Shown: positions 1 to 22,838 of the stretch, piece after piece | Position numbering within the stretch: position 1 is the first letter of the stretch | How the letters are laid out: each line of letters starts with the position of its first letter | Assembly (NCBI GenBank): GCA_951406725.2 | Contig: OX597824.1 | Span: 54,808,001-54,872,000 of the forward strand | Direction: 5' to 3' | From: Octopus vulgaris | Taxonomy: Eukaryota | Length of the DNA stretch: 64,000 nucleotides | Notes under the pieces: generated by a model | Database searches by the model: none | What the model saw: the letters and a program-made list of their open reading frames with translations, nothing else | Told to the model about the DNA's origin: nothing | Translations under genes and position numbers: made by a program

Positions 1-2228
<2,228 letters not shown>

Positions 2229-2440
2229 GCCAGACCCTCTGTGCACCTGTGCAGGTGGCACGTAAAACACACACATATACATATCGCTGAGTGGTTGGTG
2301 TATAGGAAGGGCATCCAGCTGTAGAAACACTGCCAGACTAGACTGGAGCCTGGGGCAGTCCCGAGCTATACCCCCGGTCGATACCGTCCATACCCGTGCT
2401 AGCGCGGATAAACGGACTTTATATACGATGATGATGTATG
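2229..2440 (+). mobile_element. Short RTE-LINE 3' tail copy (non-autonomous, SINE-like)
   Basis: Matches the 3' UTR of the RTE copies at 31547 and 39995 (gtggcacgtaaaa...ggaagggcatccagctgtagaaacactgccaga...ggataaacggac) and ends in a (GAT)n tail. Confidence 0.85.
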
Positions 2441-4067
<1,627 letters not shown>

Positions 4068-5562
4068 ATCCACAAAGGAGGGAGTAGAGCAGAGGCCAAA
4101 AACTACAGGCCAGTCTCCCTGACGTCACACATAAGTAAGGTCATGGAACGAATCATCAGAAAAAAACTGATCACGTTCCTCGAAGAAACTAACCGTCTCA
4201 CTGACACACAGCATGGCTTTCGCCCAGGAAGAAGCTGCCTTACGCAGCTGTTACAACACTACGACTGGGTACTGAAACAACTACTGTATCGCTCACAGGT
4301 GGATGTGGTATATCTCGACTTTGCGAAGGCCTTTGACAAAGTCGACCACGGAGTGATATGTCACAAATTACTCAGACTCGGCACCAGAGGAAAAGTAGGT
4401 GAGTGGATACATGACTTCCTGAAGGACAGAAGCCAGATGGTTGCAGCCAATGGAGCCCTCTCGGGAAAGACACTAATAGCAAGCGGGGTGCCACAGGGCA
4501 CAGTCTTGGGACCCTTGCTGTTTTTGGTGGCGCTCTCTGACATGCCCTTGGTAGCACAAACAACATCCCTCACTAGCTATGCTGATGACACAAAGGTAGC
4601 ACAGGCAATCAAAAACCCAGCTGATGCTGACCTTTTACAACAAGATCTGGATGCCATATACAAATGGGCTGAAGACAACAACATGCAATTTAATGCTGGT
4701 AAATTTCAAGCCTTACAATATCAAGCTGTAAACACATATACATTACAACACAACTATACTGGTCCAGGAGGGATCGAAATCCCAGTATCGAAATCAATAC
4801 GGGACCTGGGGATAGACATGAGTGACGATGCATCTTTTTCTTCACACATCGCGAAGGTGGCGACAATGTGCAGACGACTCACTGGCTGGATCCTGAGGAC
4901 ATTCCGGACAAGAGACTGCGAGACCATGTTGACACTATGGAGGACATTTGTCCTAAGCCGCCTGGACTACTGCTCCCAACTGTGGTCACCGCATAGTGTC
5001 AAACTAACCACAGAGCTCGAGACAATCCAAAGACATTTCACCAAGAGGATTTCCACCATGAAAGAAAAGAACTATTGGGAGAGGCTTAGGGAACTCAATT
5101 TGTACTCCTTGGAATGAAGACGAGAGAGATATGCAGTGATATACATATGGAAAATCCTGGAGGGACTAGCACCAAATTTTGGAATTGAGAGCTGTTCCAA
5201 TCCCCGTACAGGACGTCACTGTGTGGTGCCAAAGGTCCCGTCTTCCACATCCAGGGTAAGGAGCAGATACTGTAATAGCCTGGGGTTCAGGGGCCCTCAG
5301 CTTTTCAACAAACTGCCAAGAAAACTAAGAGATCTACATGATGCGGATGTGGACATTTTCAAAAAACATCTAGACAAGCTGCTTTCCGGGATCCCAGATG
5401 AACCCACTGCAAGGTACGAAGGTAACCTAAGGGCAGCAGCTACAAACTCTCTCTTAGATCAGTGGCCAGCCACGGCAAACTGGACTTAGAGAGGGTAGCA
5501 ACAAGGGCGGTGCCCCAGCATGGCCTCAGCCGGATGGCTGAAACAAGTAAAAGAGTAAAAGA

Positions 5563-5563
<1 letters not shown>
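4068..5563 (+). mobile_element. 5'-truncated CR1/L2-group LINE (RT plus C-terminus), inactivated
   Basis: RT motifs [50 protein letters not shown]. In-frame TGA at 5115-5117 falls inside the LERRRERY motif. The 3' end is gcggtgccccagcatggcc followed by a (GTAAAAGA)n tail. Confidence 0.93.
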
Positions 5564-5638
<75 letters not shown>

Positions 5639-5639
5639 G

Positions 5640-5705
<66 letters not shown>

Positions 5706-5713
5706 TATATGTA

Positions 5714-5767
<54 letters not shown>

Positions 5768-5811
5768 GTATATATATATGTATATATATATACATACATG
5801 TATATATATAT

Positions 5812-8783
5812 GATTGATTGATTGATTGATTCCAGTTTCAGCTTATGAGCTGTGGCCATGCTGGGGCACCGCCATTTGGTGTTGCTACTTGGTTTCACTT
5901 CATGGAGGCTTTCTAGCAACTGCTATTTGGAGCATGAGAGAGTTCGGTGCAGCTGCCCTCATCTGCCCCTCCTGCCGTGAAGTTGGTTCATCTGAGACAC
6001 CTGACAGGAAGAGATCCAGCTCCATTTTAAAGACATCTGTATCCACCCCATGCAGGTCTCTCAGGTTCATCGGGAGGATATTGAAGAGCTGTGGGCCTCG
6101 GAAGCCCAGGCTATCACAGAATCTTGTCCTACATCTTGATCGCAAGTTTGGAGTCCTAGGCACCACGCAGTGGCGCCCAGTTCTGGCGTTTGCGTAACTC
6201 TCGATGCCAAAGTTCAGGACACTTCCCTCCAGGATCTTCCAGATGTATATTATGGCATATCTTTCCCGCCTACGCTCCAGGGAATATAATTTTAATCTCT
6301 TGAGTCTTTCCCAGTAGCTTACATTCTGCATAGAGGCTATCTTCTTTGTGTCGCTTCGTTGGATCGCCTCAAGTTCTGTGATCAACTTGACACTGGATGG
6401 TGACCATAGCTGAGAGCAATAGTCAAAGTGACTTAGGACAAGTGTCTTCCAGAGGACCATCATGGTTTCTTGTTCTCTTGTTCTAAAGGTTCTAAGAATC
6501 CATCCAGCCAGCCGTCTGCATTTCACTGTCAGTTTAGCAACATGTACATGAAAGGTCGCGTCATCACTCATGTGAATACCCAGGTCACGCACTGATTGTG
6601 CCTCTGGGATTGCAATCCCTCCGGGTCCAGTGTATTCCTTGGGTATTGCATTCAGTTTTGCATGCTGATAGTATAAAGCTTGAAACTTTTCAGCATTGAA
6701 CTGCATGCTATTCTGTTCAGCCCACTTGTATATTTCGTCCAGCTCATATTGCAGGTGCCTAGTGTCTTCAGGGTTCTGTATTGCCTGTGAAACTTTTGTA
6801 TCATCTGCATAACTTGTGATCGTGGCTCTCCGCGTGGCTGAGGGCATGTCTGAGAGGGCCATTATGAACAGTAGTGGTCCCAAAACAGTGCCCTGTGGAA
6901 CACCGCTCACTATTTGCGTGCTAATGGAAGTGGCCCCATTGGCTACTACCACCTGACTTCTATTCTTCAGAAAGTCATGAAGCCATTCTCCTTGTTTTCC
7001 AACTATGCCAAGATCACACAGTTTGTGACATATCATTCCATGATCGACTTTATCGAAGGCCTTTGCGAAGTCGAGATATATGACTTCCACATTTGAGTGG
7101 TTGAGCAGTTGTTTCAGCACCCAGTCATAGTGCTGCAGGAGCTGAGTTAAGCAGCTTCTTCCTGGTCGGAAACCATGTTGGGTGTCAGGCAGCAAGTCAT
7201 TTTCTTCAAGGAAGGTGATTAGTTTCCTTCTGACTATTCGTTCCATGACCTTGCTGATGTGTGAGGTCAGAGAGATAGGTCTGTAGTTCTTGGCCTCCGC
7301 TCTGCTACCTCCTTTATGAATAGGGCATATTTTACTTTCCTTCAGTTTTCTTGGAAGTTTGCCAGCTGCAAGGAAGCTCTGAAAGAGGAACTGCAGTGGT
7401 CTTGCTAAGACTCTCTTACATACTTTTAGGAGGATTGCCGGGAATCCATCGGGGCCAATAGCTGAGTCTATTTTCATTTGATCTATAGCCTTTATTACAT
7501 CGTCTTCCTTTATATCGATGTAATTTAACGTCGCCGCCTCTGATTCTATATCTGCAGTGGTAAAAAAGTCAGTTGGATTGCTGATTTGGAAATGCCCAAG
7601 GGGTGGAGTGAAAACACTCTTGAATTGTTCATTCAGTATTTCACTTACCCTCATTGGTTTTCCTGTGAGTGTGCCATCCTTTTCAAGGAGTGGCCCTATC
7701 CTACAGTGCACCATAGCTGTTTCTTTGGCATACCTGTAGAAAGCTCTGGGGTTAGTTTTTATGTTGTCTATAGCGCAGGCTTCTTTGTCTGCTCTTTCCT
7801 TCTCATGGGAGAGTTGCAGACAATTTTCAATTTCCAACAGTTTTATTTTCAGGCGGGACTTTTCACTGCTTTCAATTTGTTTGTTTAGGCGATTTGAGAT
7901 TTTTGTGCGCCGTCTCATTAAAATTTTCCTCTCTCTGGGGATTTTGTTCTTGTGTACAGTGGCCTTTCTCTCTGGGACACATTTGTAGCATATGGCTTGC
8001 ATTACAGACATGAATTGTTGAAGTATCATGTCGATGTCCGGCGAGGAGAGACATTCAGGCCAGTTTTGTTTGAGGATCTCTTTCTTCAATTTGTTTCCAG
8101 TTTGCCTTATTGAAGTTCAAGCTGGAAAGATTCTGAGGGTTTCTTGTAGGCTGCATGTCCGTGCTCTCTTTTGGCCCGTACATGGTCAGCTCTACCATGT
8201 TGTGATCCGAGAGTAGTGTCGGTGTCACTTTCACATTATGGATGAGATCCATATTATTTGTGAAGCAGAGATCCAGTGTGTTACCCGCTCTGGTTGGTTG
8301 GAGTATTACTTGCTCCATGTACAGGGTGTTGATGAGGTTCAGGAGGGACCTCGCCTGTCCTCGTTCACATCTTGTCATTCCTGGGAGAGAAAGGCCCTCG
8401 GGCCATCTGACATTCGGTAGATTGAAGTCTCCCACGAGAAGTACACTTATGTGTTGTTCTAATGTGGTTAGAACTTCTATTTTTAAAAGGCAGTCCTCAA
8501 ACTTGCCCATATGACTTGGGGCATCTGTAGGGTGATATGTAGCACACACAACTACATCAAGTTGCCTTATGTGTACAATTAGTGTGTCACACACCGAGTT
8601 TGAGTATGACAAAAGGACCTGGGGTGTGAGGTCCCCACGGATGTACATAGCAACTTCTCCATGACTTCTTTCTTTCCTGGTCGGTCCGTAGTACAACATA
8701 CTGTGGTATGTGTAATTCCGCATCTGCTATGTCCGGTTTCAGATGCGTTTCTGTGAGTGCTATGCATAAGGCTTGATTGCATA
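5812..8783 (-). mobile_element. CR1/L2-group LINE ORF2 (APE endonuclease plus RT), frameshifted and 5'-truncated
   Basis: ORF 8055-8723 has APE motifs (LVGDFNLP, TLDLCF, LSDH). ORF 5900-8089 has a complete RT ([18 protein letters not shown]). Same 3' motif as the copy at 4068, with an (AATC)n tail; the two lie tail-to-tail. Confidence 0.95.
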
Positions 8784-11534
<2,751 letters not shown>

Positions 11535-11790
11535 CATCATCATCATCATCATCGTTTAACGTCCGTTTTCCGCGCTAGCACGGGTTGGACGGTTCGACCG
11601 GGGTCTGGGAAGCCAGGGGGCCGCTCCAGGCTCCAGTCTGATTCTGGCAGAGTTTCTACGGCTGGATGCCCTTCCTAACGCCAACCACTCCGTGAGTGGA
11701 TTGGGTGCTTTTTACGTGCCACCTGCACAAGGGCCGGGGTGTCCGGCATCGGTCACGATCGGTTCGAGCTTTTAACGTGCCAGGGACACG
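11535..11790 (-). mobile_element. RTE-LINE 3' tail copy
   Basis: (CAT)n followed by cgtttaacgtccgttttcc, the reverse complement of the RTE 3' end. Confidence 0.85.
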
Positions 11791-12289
11791 GGGGCAACGG
11801 GATGCGGATAGAGTTGAGTTGGGGGGGGGGTCCAGCTGAGAAAGGTTTCACCAGTGAAAAGAGAGGGAGAGATAATAAAGGGGTGCAGGTAATATAGGGG
11901 AGCACCAGTGGGGAAGGTTGGGGGAGGAGGAACGATGGCAGGAAGGGTTGGTGAAGGTTCGTAAGAAATATAAACGTAGGATGTGTATATATATATATGG
12001 GTAGGTGTGGGGAAGGTTGGGTGGGTAAGGAGGAACGATGGCAGGAAGGGTTGGTGCAGGTTCGTAAGAAATAAAAACGTAGGATATTACGAGGCATGGA
12101 GGGGACTGGAAGGAGATAGTAGGATTGAGGCAGTGTCAGATTCAAAACAGGAGGAAGCGTAAGATCAGAGGGCGGTTGATGAGCTGAGACGCTAGCAGCT
12201 TGTCTTTTCTCAGTGAAAGCATATGAGGAGAAGGGGTGGTGGGGGAGGAGGAGGGAGTATCCGGTGTAGATGGTGAGAACAGTGTTCAC

Positions 12290-12410
12290 CGGTATTGGTG
12301 GTATTGGCGGTGGGGGTGGTGGTGGTATTGGTGGTGGGGGTGGTATTGGTGGTGGGGGTGGTATTGGTGGTGGGGGTGGTGGTATTGGTGGTGGGGGTGG
12401 GAGGGCGGGC
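12290..12410 (+). repeat. G-rich minisatellite (ggtattggtggtgggggt)n with G-quadruplex potential
   Basis: About six 18-21-bp units containing G5 runs. Confidence 0.8.
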
Positions 12411-12411
12411 G

Positions 12412-12853
12412 CACCGCGCAATGGGAGAAGATGAGATTTTTAGGCGGCAGAAAGAAAGACAGGATTTGAGATGGAATGCTTTGCGATCGTGTGCATAAGT
12501 TTCTATGAGTGGAAGTTGGGAAAAGATGGGTTAGAGAATTTAGCGACAGAAAGAAAGACCAAATTTGAGACGAGATGTTTTTGCGAAGTTTTTGTGAATG
12601 AAAGTTTATATGCTTCAGCTAGCATTTGAGACGAAAGACAACGATAACGCCAATATATGGGGAAACAATAATAATAAGAAGGCTTGATGGTGATGATGAT
12701 ACTTGCAAAAACAATGAAAAGAAGGAACAGGACTTAGCTGATATTTTTCATCCTGCGTATTGGCTAAGCCTGTGGAAGCGAGTGAAGGCGAGATATATAT
12801 ACAGAGAGAGAGAGAGACAGTGATAACAGAGGGAGAAACCGACACCACATAGC

Positions 12854-12885
<32 letters not shown>

Positions 12886-15800
12886 ACATAGTGATAACAG
12901 AGGGACAAAACGACACCGCGCAATGGGAGAAGATGAGATTTTTAGGCGGCAGAAAGAAAGACAGGATTTGAGATGGAATGCTTTGCGATCGTGTGCATAA
13001 GTTTCTATGAGTGGAAGTTGGGAAAAGATGGGTTAGAGAATTTAGCGACAGAAAGAAAGACCAAATTTGAGACGAGATGTTTTTGCGAAGTTTTTGTGAA
13101 TGAAAGTTTATATGCTTCAGCTAGCATTTGAGACGAAAGACAACGATAACGCCAATATATGGGGAAACAATAATAATAAGAAGGCTTGATGGTGATGATG
13201 ATACTTGCAAAAACAATGAAAAGAAGGAACAGGACTTAGCTGATATTTTTCATCCTGCGTATTGGCTAAGCCTGTGGAAGCGAGTGAAGGCGAGATATAT
13301 ATACAGAGAGAGAGAGAGACAGTGATAACAGAGGGAGAAACCGACACCACATAGCGAGAGAGAGAGAGCGAGAGAGAGAGAGAGACATAGTGATAACAGA
13401 GGGACAAAACGACACCGCGCAATGGGAGAAGATGAGATTTTTAGGCGGCAGAAAGAAAGACAGGATTTGAGATGGAATGCTTTGCGATCGTGTGCATAAG
13501 TTTCTATGAGTGGAAGTTGGGAAAAGATGGGTTAGAGAATTTAGCGACAGAAAGAAAGACCAAATTTGAGACGAGATGTTTTTGCGAAGTTTTTGTGAAT
13601 GAAAGTTTATATGCTTCAGCTAGCATTTGAGACGAAAGACAACGATAACGCCAATATATGGGGAAACAATAATAATAAGAAGGCTTGATGGTGATGATGA
13701 TACTTGCAAAAACAATGAAAAGAAGGAACAGGACTTAGCTGATATTTTTCATCCTGCGTATTGGCTAAGCCTGTGGAAGCGAGTGAAGGCGAGATATATA
13801 TACAGAGAGAGAGAGAGACAGTGATAACAGAGGGAGAAACCGACACCACATAGCGAGAGAGAGAGAGCGAGAGAGAGAGAGAGAGAGAGAGAGACATAGT
13901 GATAACAGAGGGACAAAACGACACCGCGCAATGGGAGAAGATGAGATTTTTAGGCGGCAGAAAGAAAGACAGGATTTGAGATGGAATGCTTTGCGATCGT
14001 GTGCATAAGTTTCTATGAGTGGAAGTTGGGAAAAGATGGGTTAGAGAATTTAGCGACAGAAAGAAAGACCAAATTTGAGACGAGATGTTTTTGCGAAGTT
14101 TTTGTGAATGAAAGTTTATATGCTTCAGCTAGCATTTGAGACGAAAGACAACGATAACGCCAATATATGGGGAAACAATAATAATAAGAAGGCTTGATGG
14201 TGATGATGATACTTGCAAAAACAATGAAAAGAAGGAACAGGACTTAGCTGATATTTTTCATCCTGCGTATTGGCTAAGCCTGTGGAAGCGAGTGAAGGCG
14301 AGATATATATACAGAGAGAGAGAGAGACAGTGATAACAGAGGGAGAAACCGACACCACATAGCGAGAGAGAGAGAGAGAGAGACATAGTGAGAAACCGAC
14401 ACCACATAGCAAGAGAGAGAGAGCGAGAGAGAGAGAGAGAGAGAGAGACATAGTGATAACATAGGGACAAAACGACACCGCGCAATGGGAGAAGATGAGA
14501 TTTTTAGGCGGCAGAAAGAAAGACAGGATTTGAGATGGAATGCTTTGCGATCGTGTGCATAAGTTTCTATGAGTGGAAGTTGGGAAAAGATGGGTTAGAG
14601 AATTTAGCGACAGAAAGAAAGACCAAATTTGAGACGAGATGTTTTTGCGAAGTTTTTGTGAATGAAAGTTTATATGCTTCAGCTAGCATTTGAGACGAAA
14701 GACAACGATAACGCCAATATATGGGGAAACAATAATAATAAGAAGGCTTGATGGTGATGATGATACTTGCAAAAACAATGAAAAGAAGGAACAGGACTTA
14801 GCTGATATTTTTCATCCTGCGTATTGGCTAAGCCTGTGGAAGCGAGTGAAGGCGAGATATATATACAGAGAGAGAGAGAGACAGTGATAACAGAGGGAGA
14901 AACCGACACCACATAGCGAGAGAGAGAGAGAGAGAGAGAGAGACATAGTGATAACAGAGGGACAAAACGACACCGCGCAATGGGAGAAGATGAGATTTTT
15001 AGGCGGCAGAAAGAAAGACAGGATTTGAGATGGAATGCTTTGCGATCGTGTGCATAAGTTTCTATGAGTGGAAGTTGGGAAAAGATGGGTTAGAGAATTT
15101 AGCGACAGAAAGAAAGACCAAATTTGAGACGAGATGTTTCTGCGAAGTTTTTGTGAATGAAAGTTTATATGCTTCAGCTAGCATTTGAGACGAAAGACAA
15201 CGATAACGCCAATATATGGGGAAACAATAATAATAAGAAGGCTTGATGGTGATGATGATACTTGCAAAAACAATGAAAAGAAGGAACAGGACTTAGCTGA
15301 TATTTTTCATCCTGCGTATTGGCTAAGCCTGTGGAAGCGAGTGAAGGCGAGATATATATACAGAGAGAGAGAGAGACAGTGATAACAGAGGGAGAAACCG
15401 ACACCACATAGCGAGAGAGAGAGAGCGAGAGAGAGAGAGAGAGACATAGTGATAACAGAGGGACAAAACGACACTGCGCAATGGGAGAAGATGAGATTTT
15501 TAGGCGGCAGAAAGAAAGACAGGATTTGAGATGGAATGCTTTGCGATCGTGTGCATAAGTTTCTATGAGTGGAAGTTGGGAAAAGATGGGTTAGAGAATT
15601 TAGCGACAGAAAGAAAGACCAAATTTGAGACGAGATGTTTTTGCGAAGTTTTTGTGAATGAAAGTTTATATGCTTCAGCTAGCATTTGAGACGAAAGACA
15701 ACGATAACGCCAATATATGGGGAAACAATAATAATAAGAAGGCTTGATGGTGATGATGATACTTGCAAAAACAATGAAAAGAAGGAACAGGACTTAGCTG

Positions 15801-15910
15801 ATATTTTTCATCCTGCGTATTGGCTAAGCCTGTGGAAGCGAGTGAAGGCGAGATATATATACAGAGAGAGAGAGAGACAGTGATAACAGAGGGAGAAACC
15901 GACACCACAT

Positions 15911-15945
<35 letters not shown>

Positions 15946-16338
15946 GTGATAACAGAGGGACAAAACGACACCGCGCAATGGGAGAAGATGAGATTTTTAG
16001 GCGGCAGAAAGAAAGACAGGATTTGAGATGGAATGCTTTGCGATCGTGTGCATAAGTTTCTATGAGTGGAAGTTGGGAAAAGATGGGTTAGAGAATTTAG
16101 CGACAGAAAGAAAGACCAAATTTGAGACGAGATGTTTTTGCGAAGTTTTTGTGAATGAAAGTTTATATGCTTCAGCTAGCATTTGAGACGAAAGACAACG
16201 ATAACGCCAATATATGGGGAAACAATAATAATAAGAAGGCTTGATGGTGATGATGATACTTGCAAAAACAATGAAAAGAAGGAACAGGACTTAGCTGATA
16301 TTTTTCATCCTGCGTATTGGCTAAGCCTGTGGAAGCGA
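12412..16338. repeat. Tandem satellite, ~500-bp unit, 8 copies (last one partial)
   Basis: Equivalent positions recur at 12626, 13128, 13627, 14136, 14690, 15185, 15686 and 16183 (spacings 502, 499, 509, 554, 495, 501, 497). Length variation is confined to the (GA)n region. Confidence 0.97.
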
Positions 16339-19078
<2,740 letters not shown>

Positions 19079-19085
19079 ATATAAA

Positions 19086-19395
19086 CCCTTTCGTTACCAA
19101 ACCGCCCGAATTTACCTATTCATATGTAAATGAGAATATCAGAGTAAATCTCTTTAGTACATTCGTGAAAACACGTATTATACTTCGTAAACACTTCAAA
19201 TACAGTTTTGTACAAAAATCGAAGTGTAATTTTAATTCCGTGAATTATGGGAGATTTTTTTCCGAAATTTGTTCCTGTTGTGTTTTCAAAATTTGTAATT
19301 CTGACAAAAAATGGATACGAATTTCATTATATCAAGCAGCAAGTCAAAATTCGAAGGATTTTCTACTGAAGACCTTCATAAATCTAACTCTATGA
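19086..19395 (+). mobile_element. Left-end fragment of a piggyBac-like non-autonomous element
   Basis: Begins ccctttcgttaccaaacc and aligns by eye for ~300 bp with the complete element at 34043. Confidence 0.75.
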
Positions 19396-19411
19396 CTGAA
19401 AAAAAAAAGCA

Positions 19412-19795
19412 TCTTTATATAAGAGTGAAGTTGTGTGTCTGTCCCCTTCGATTTACATTCGTAATTACTCCCACATTTTGCGGTGCAGTTTAACCAAAAG
19501 CGGGTATCTTATAGTCGTGATTCATATCGAGCCCTTCTGGGTATTAGCGCGCGTGTACGATTTAAAAAAAATTTACCCTCATATTTTTCCATTTTAATGC
19601 ATTTTTTTCACTTTTATATAAGGGAAGTAACTCTCTAAAAATATCTACGATGTGTCAACGATTTTAAAAAAATTTACCTTAATTTTTTTTCAATTTTTAA
19701 TGCATTTTTTTTGCTATTTTTTGGCTATTACTCTCTAAAAATGCTTATATAGTTATTTCCCTTACAACCCGAGCAACGCCGGGCGATACTGCTAG
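19412..19795 (+). mobile_element. Non-autonomous Helitron-like element
   Basis: 5' A|TC start (atctttatataa), 3' GC-rich hairpin cccgagcaacgccggg followed 8 nt later by CTAG|T; no TSD. Confidence 0.75.
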
Positions 19796-19833
19796 TATAT
19801 ATATATATATATATATGTATATGTATATATATG

Positions 19834-19864
<31 letters not shown>

Positions 19865-19951
19865 GTATATATATGTATATGTATATATATGTATATGTAT
19901 ATATATGTATATGTATATATATGTATATGTATATATATATATATGTATATA

Positions 19952-20040
<89 letters not shown>

Positions 20041-20124
20041 TATATGTATATGTATATATGTATATATATATATATATATATATGTATATGTATATATGTA
20101 TATATATATATATATGTATATGTA

Positions 20125-20167
<43 letters not shown>

Positions 20168-20247
20168 ATATATATATATATGTACATGTATATGTATATG
20201 TATATGTATATATATATGTACATGTATATGTATATATATGTATATGT

Positions 20248-20281
<34 letters not shown>

Positions 20282-20289
20282 ATGTATAT

Positions 20290-20766
20290 TGTTATATTTC
20301 GGAATGGTCATATTGCCAGTTTAGCCAATAAAAACACACGCACTATATATTTGGTGTTATTTTGCTTCAGTGATATTTATTTTTTACATTAATCTTAATC
20401 TTATTTCGGCCAAAGTTCTTTCGTCACACTCCTGTGAGCGCATCAGTGGTCCTTTGTTTTCTTCTCACTTATTAGTGTCTCTCCTTACTAACCGTCAGCC
20501 ATTTTGTATTTCTATTGTATGTCTTCATTTGCACATGCTTATATCTCTATGTGCGTCTATGTTTATTTAGTGTGTGTGTGGGGGGGATGCCTGTAATATT
20601 TGTATCTTCTGTTTATATACATTCTTGTAATTTGTATTTTGTTTTTTTTGTTGTTGCTTTTGTTCTAATTTTGTTCATGCGTTTACATCCACCCATTATT
20701 ATCATTACATATGCTTGTATGTATGTATAATAACAATATTAGTAATAATAATAATAAATCTAATCG

Positions 20767-20797
<31 letters not shown>

Positions 20798-21585
20798 CAC
20801 ACACATATATACACATATACATATATATATATATATACACATATACATACATAGATATATATACATATATATAGTTATTCATTTCTATTTCTTTAATTAT
20901 CTGTGTATTTATTATGTTTGCAGGATCCACTATCGTCATATGTTGTGGTGTGTGCTATTGCTCCATTCTAGTTTTCTATTCAGGCTAGGTTTATTTTCTA
21001 TTATATGTGTAGCTTCTGTAATTTGTCTAATTGTTGCATCTGTTCTATGTGTGGACAATATCTTAATCTCTATGTTATTGATTGATCCCCCGTGTTCCTG
21101 TTCGGCGTGTTGGTACAGAATCGATGAGCTCTTACCTTCCTTGAGTTGTCTCCAATGTTCATTCACCCGCTCTACAATGCTTCTTGCTGTTTCCCTTACG
21201 TATGTTACTGTCTTGTTACTGCATCGTCCCTCTATACATCTTATACTATAGACCACATTTCTGGCTTTACAGTTTGTTTGTGGGCTAAATCTACATACAG
21301 TGCAATAGTTATCCGTACAGAGGGTTCTACTAAAAGGATAGGTTCTACCAATTATAGATCTGATAGGGTTGCCTGTCTTTTCAACAACCTTAATTCTTAG
21401 TTTAAGTTTATCTAGGGTCCTTCTAAAGCGGTACGCCAGTTCACCTCCAGGGGTGGTGTCAATGAACATGACACTCTGGTATTTATGGCTATCATACCAA
21501 GAGTTGGCCTCCCCTATTTTCTCTTTTGTACCGCTTTAGAAGGACCCTAGATAAACTTAAACTAAGAATTAAGGTTGTTGAAAAG
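20290..21585 (-). mobile_element. 5'-truncated Penelope-like element (GIY-YIG endonuclease end plus 3' region)
   Basis: ORF 20936-21469 has C-x4-C-x2-C, NVVYSIRC...TYVRETARSIVERVNEH and RQITEA..I..NKPSLNRKLEW, the PLE GIY-YIG pattern. Boundaries are approximate. Confidence 0.85.
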
Positions 21586-21594
21586 CCATACATA

Positions 21595-21626
<32 letters not shown>

Positions 21627-21648
21627 CATATATATATATATACATATA

Positions 21649-22638
21649 TCATCATCATCATCGTTTAACGTCCGTTCTCCATGCTAGCATGGGTTGGACG
21701 GTTCGACCGGGGATCTGGGAAGCCAGAAGGCTGCACCAGGCTCCAGTCTTATATATATATACACATATATACACATATATCATCATCATCATCATCATTT
21801 AGCGTCTGTTTTCCATGCTAGCATGGGTTGGACGGTTCAACTGGGGTCTGGGGAGCCCGAAGGCTGCACCAGGCCAGTCAGATCTGGCAGTGTTTCTACA
21901 GCTGGATGCCCTTCCTAACGCCAACCACTCCCGAGAGTGTGCCACCGACACAGGTGCCAGACGGGTGGCGAACGGCCACGCGGATTTTATGTGCCACCGA
22001 CACAGGTGCCAGACGAGGCTGGCGAACGGCCACGCTCGGATGGTGTTTTTTATGTGCCACCGACACAGGTGCCAGATGAGGCTGGCGGACGGCCACGATC
22101 GGATGGTGTTTGTTAGGTCCCCAAAGCACGGAGGCCAGTCTATGCGGTACTGGCTACGGCCACGTTCGGATGATTTTCTTGTGTGCCACCGGCACTGGTA
22201 CCACAAAGATACAAATTCCATTGATGTTCATCTATTTTGATTTGTTTTGATTTTCACTTGCCTCAACAGGTCTTCACAAGTGTCACAAGAAGGAAGGTAT
22301 GCACAGGTGGACTGACTACGTCCCAGGTAGGAGCCACGGGTTATGGCCTGACTAGTCTTGCCGGGTCTTCGGATGGTGTTTTTATGTGCCACCGACACAG
22401 GTGCCAGATGAGGCTGGCGAACGGCCACGATCAGATGGTGTTTGTTACGTGCCCACAGCACGGAGGCCAGTCGATGTGGTACTGGCTACGGCCACGTTCG
22501 GATGGTTTTCTTGTGTGCCACCGGCACTGGTACCACAAAGATACAAATTCCATTGATGTTCATCTATTTTGATTTGTTTTGATTTGATTTGATTTGATTT
22601 GATTTTTTTTGATTTTCACTTGCCTCAACAGGTCTTCT
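21649..22638 (-). mobile_element. Two RTE-LINE 3' UTR copies, the second with internal duplications
   Basis: (CAT)n tails at 21649 and 21780; gtgccaccgacacaggtgccag modules repeated; a ~360-bp segment is present twice. Confidence 0.85.
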
Positions 22639-22691
22639 CATACACATATATATATATATACACATATATATATACACATATATATATATAC

Positions 22692-22782
<91 letters not shown>

Positions 22783-22838
22783 TATATACATATATATATA
22801 CATACATATATATATATACATATATACATATATATATA

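Noticed and set aside
5115-5117. In-frame TGA as possible selenocysteine or readthrough
   Set aside because: Occupies an Arg position (LERRRERY in the sister copy); simple CGA-to-TGA decay.
11753-12421. Proline-rich, formin-like ORF
   Set aside because: Arises from the G-rich minisatellite; no splice or domain context.
12412-16338. CRISPR-like or ribozyme-bearing array
   Set aside because: No unique spacers, eukaryotic context, and no hammerhead core found on either strand.
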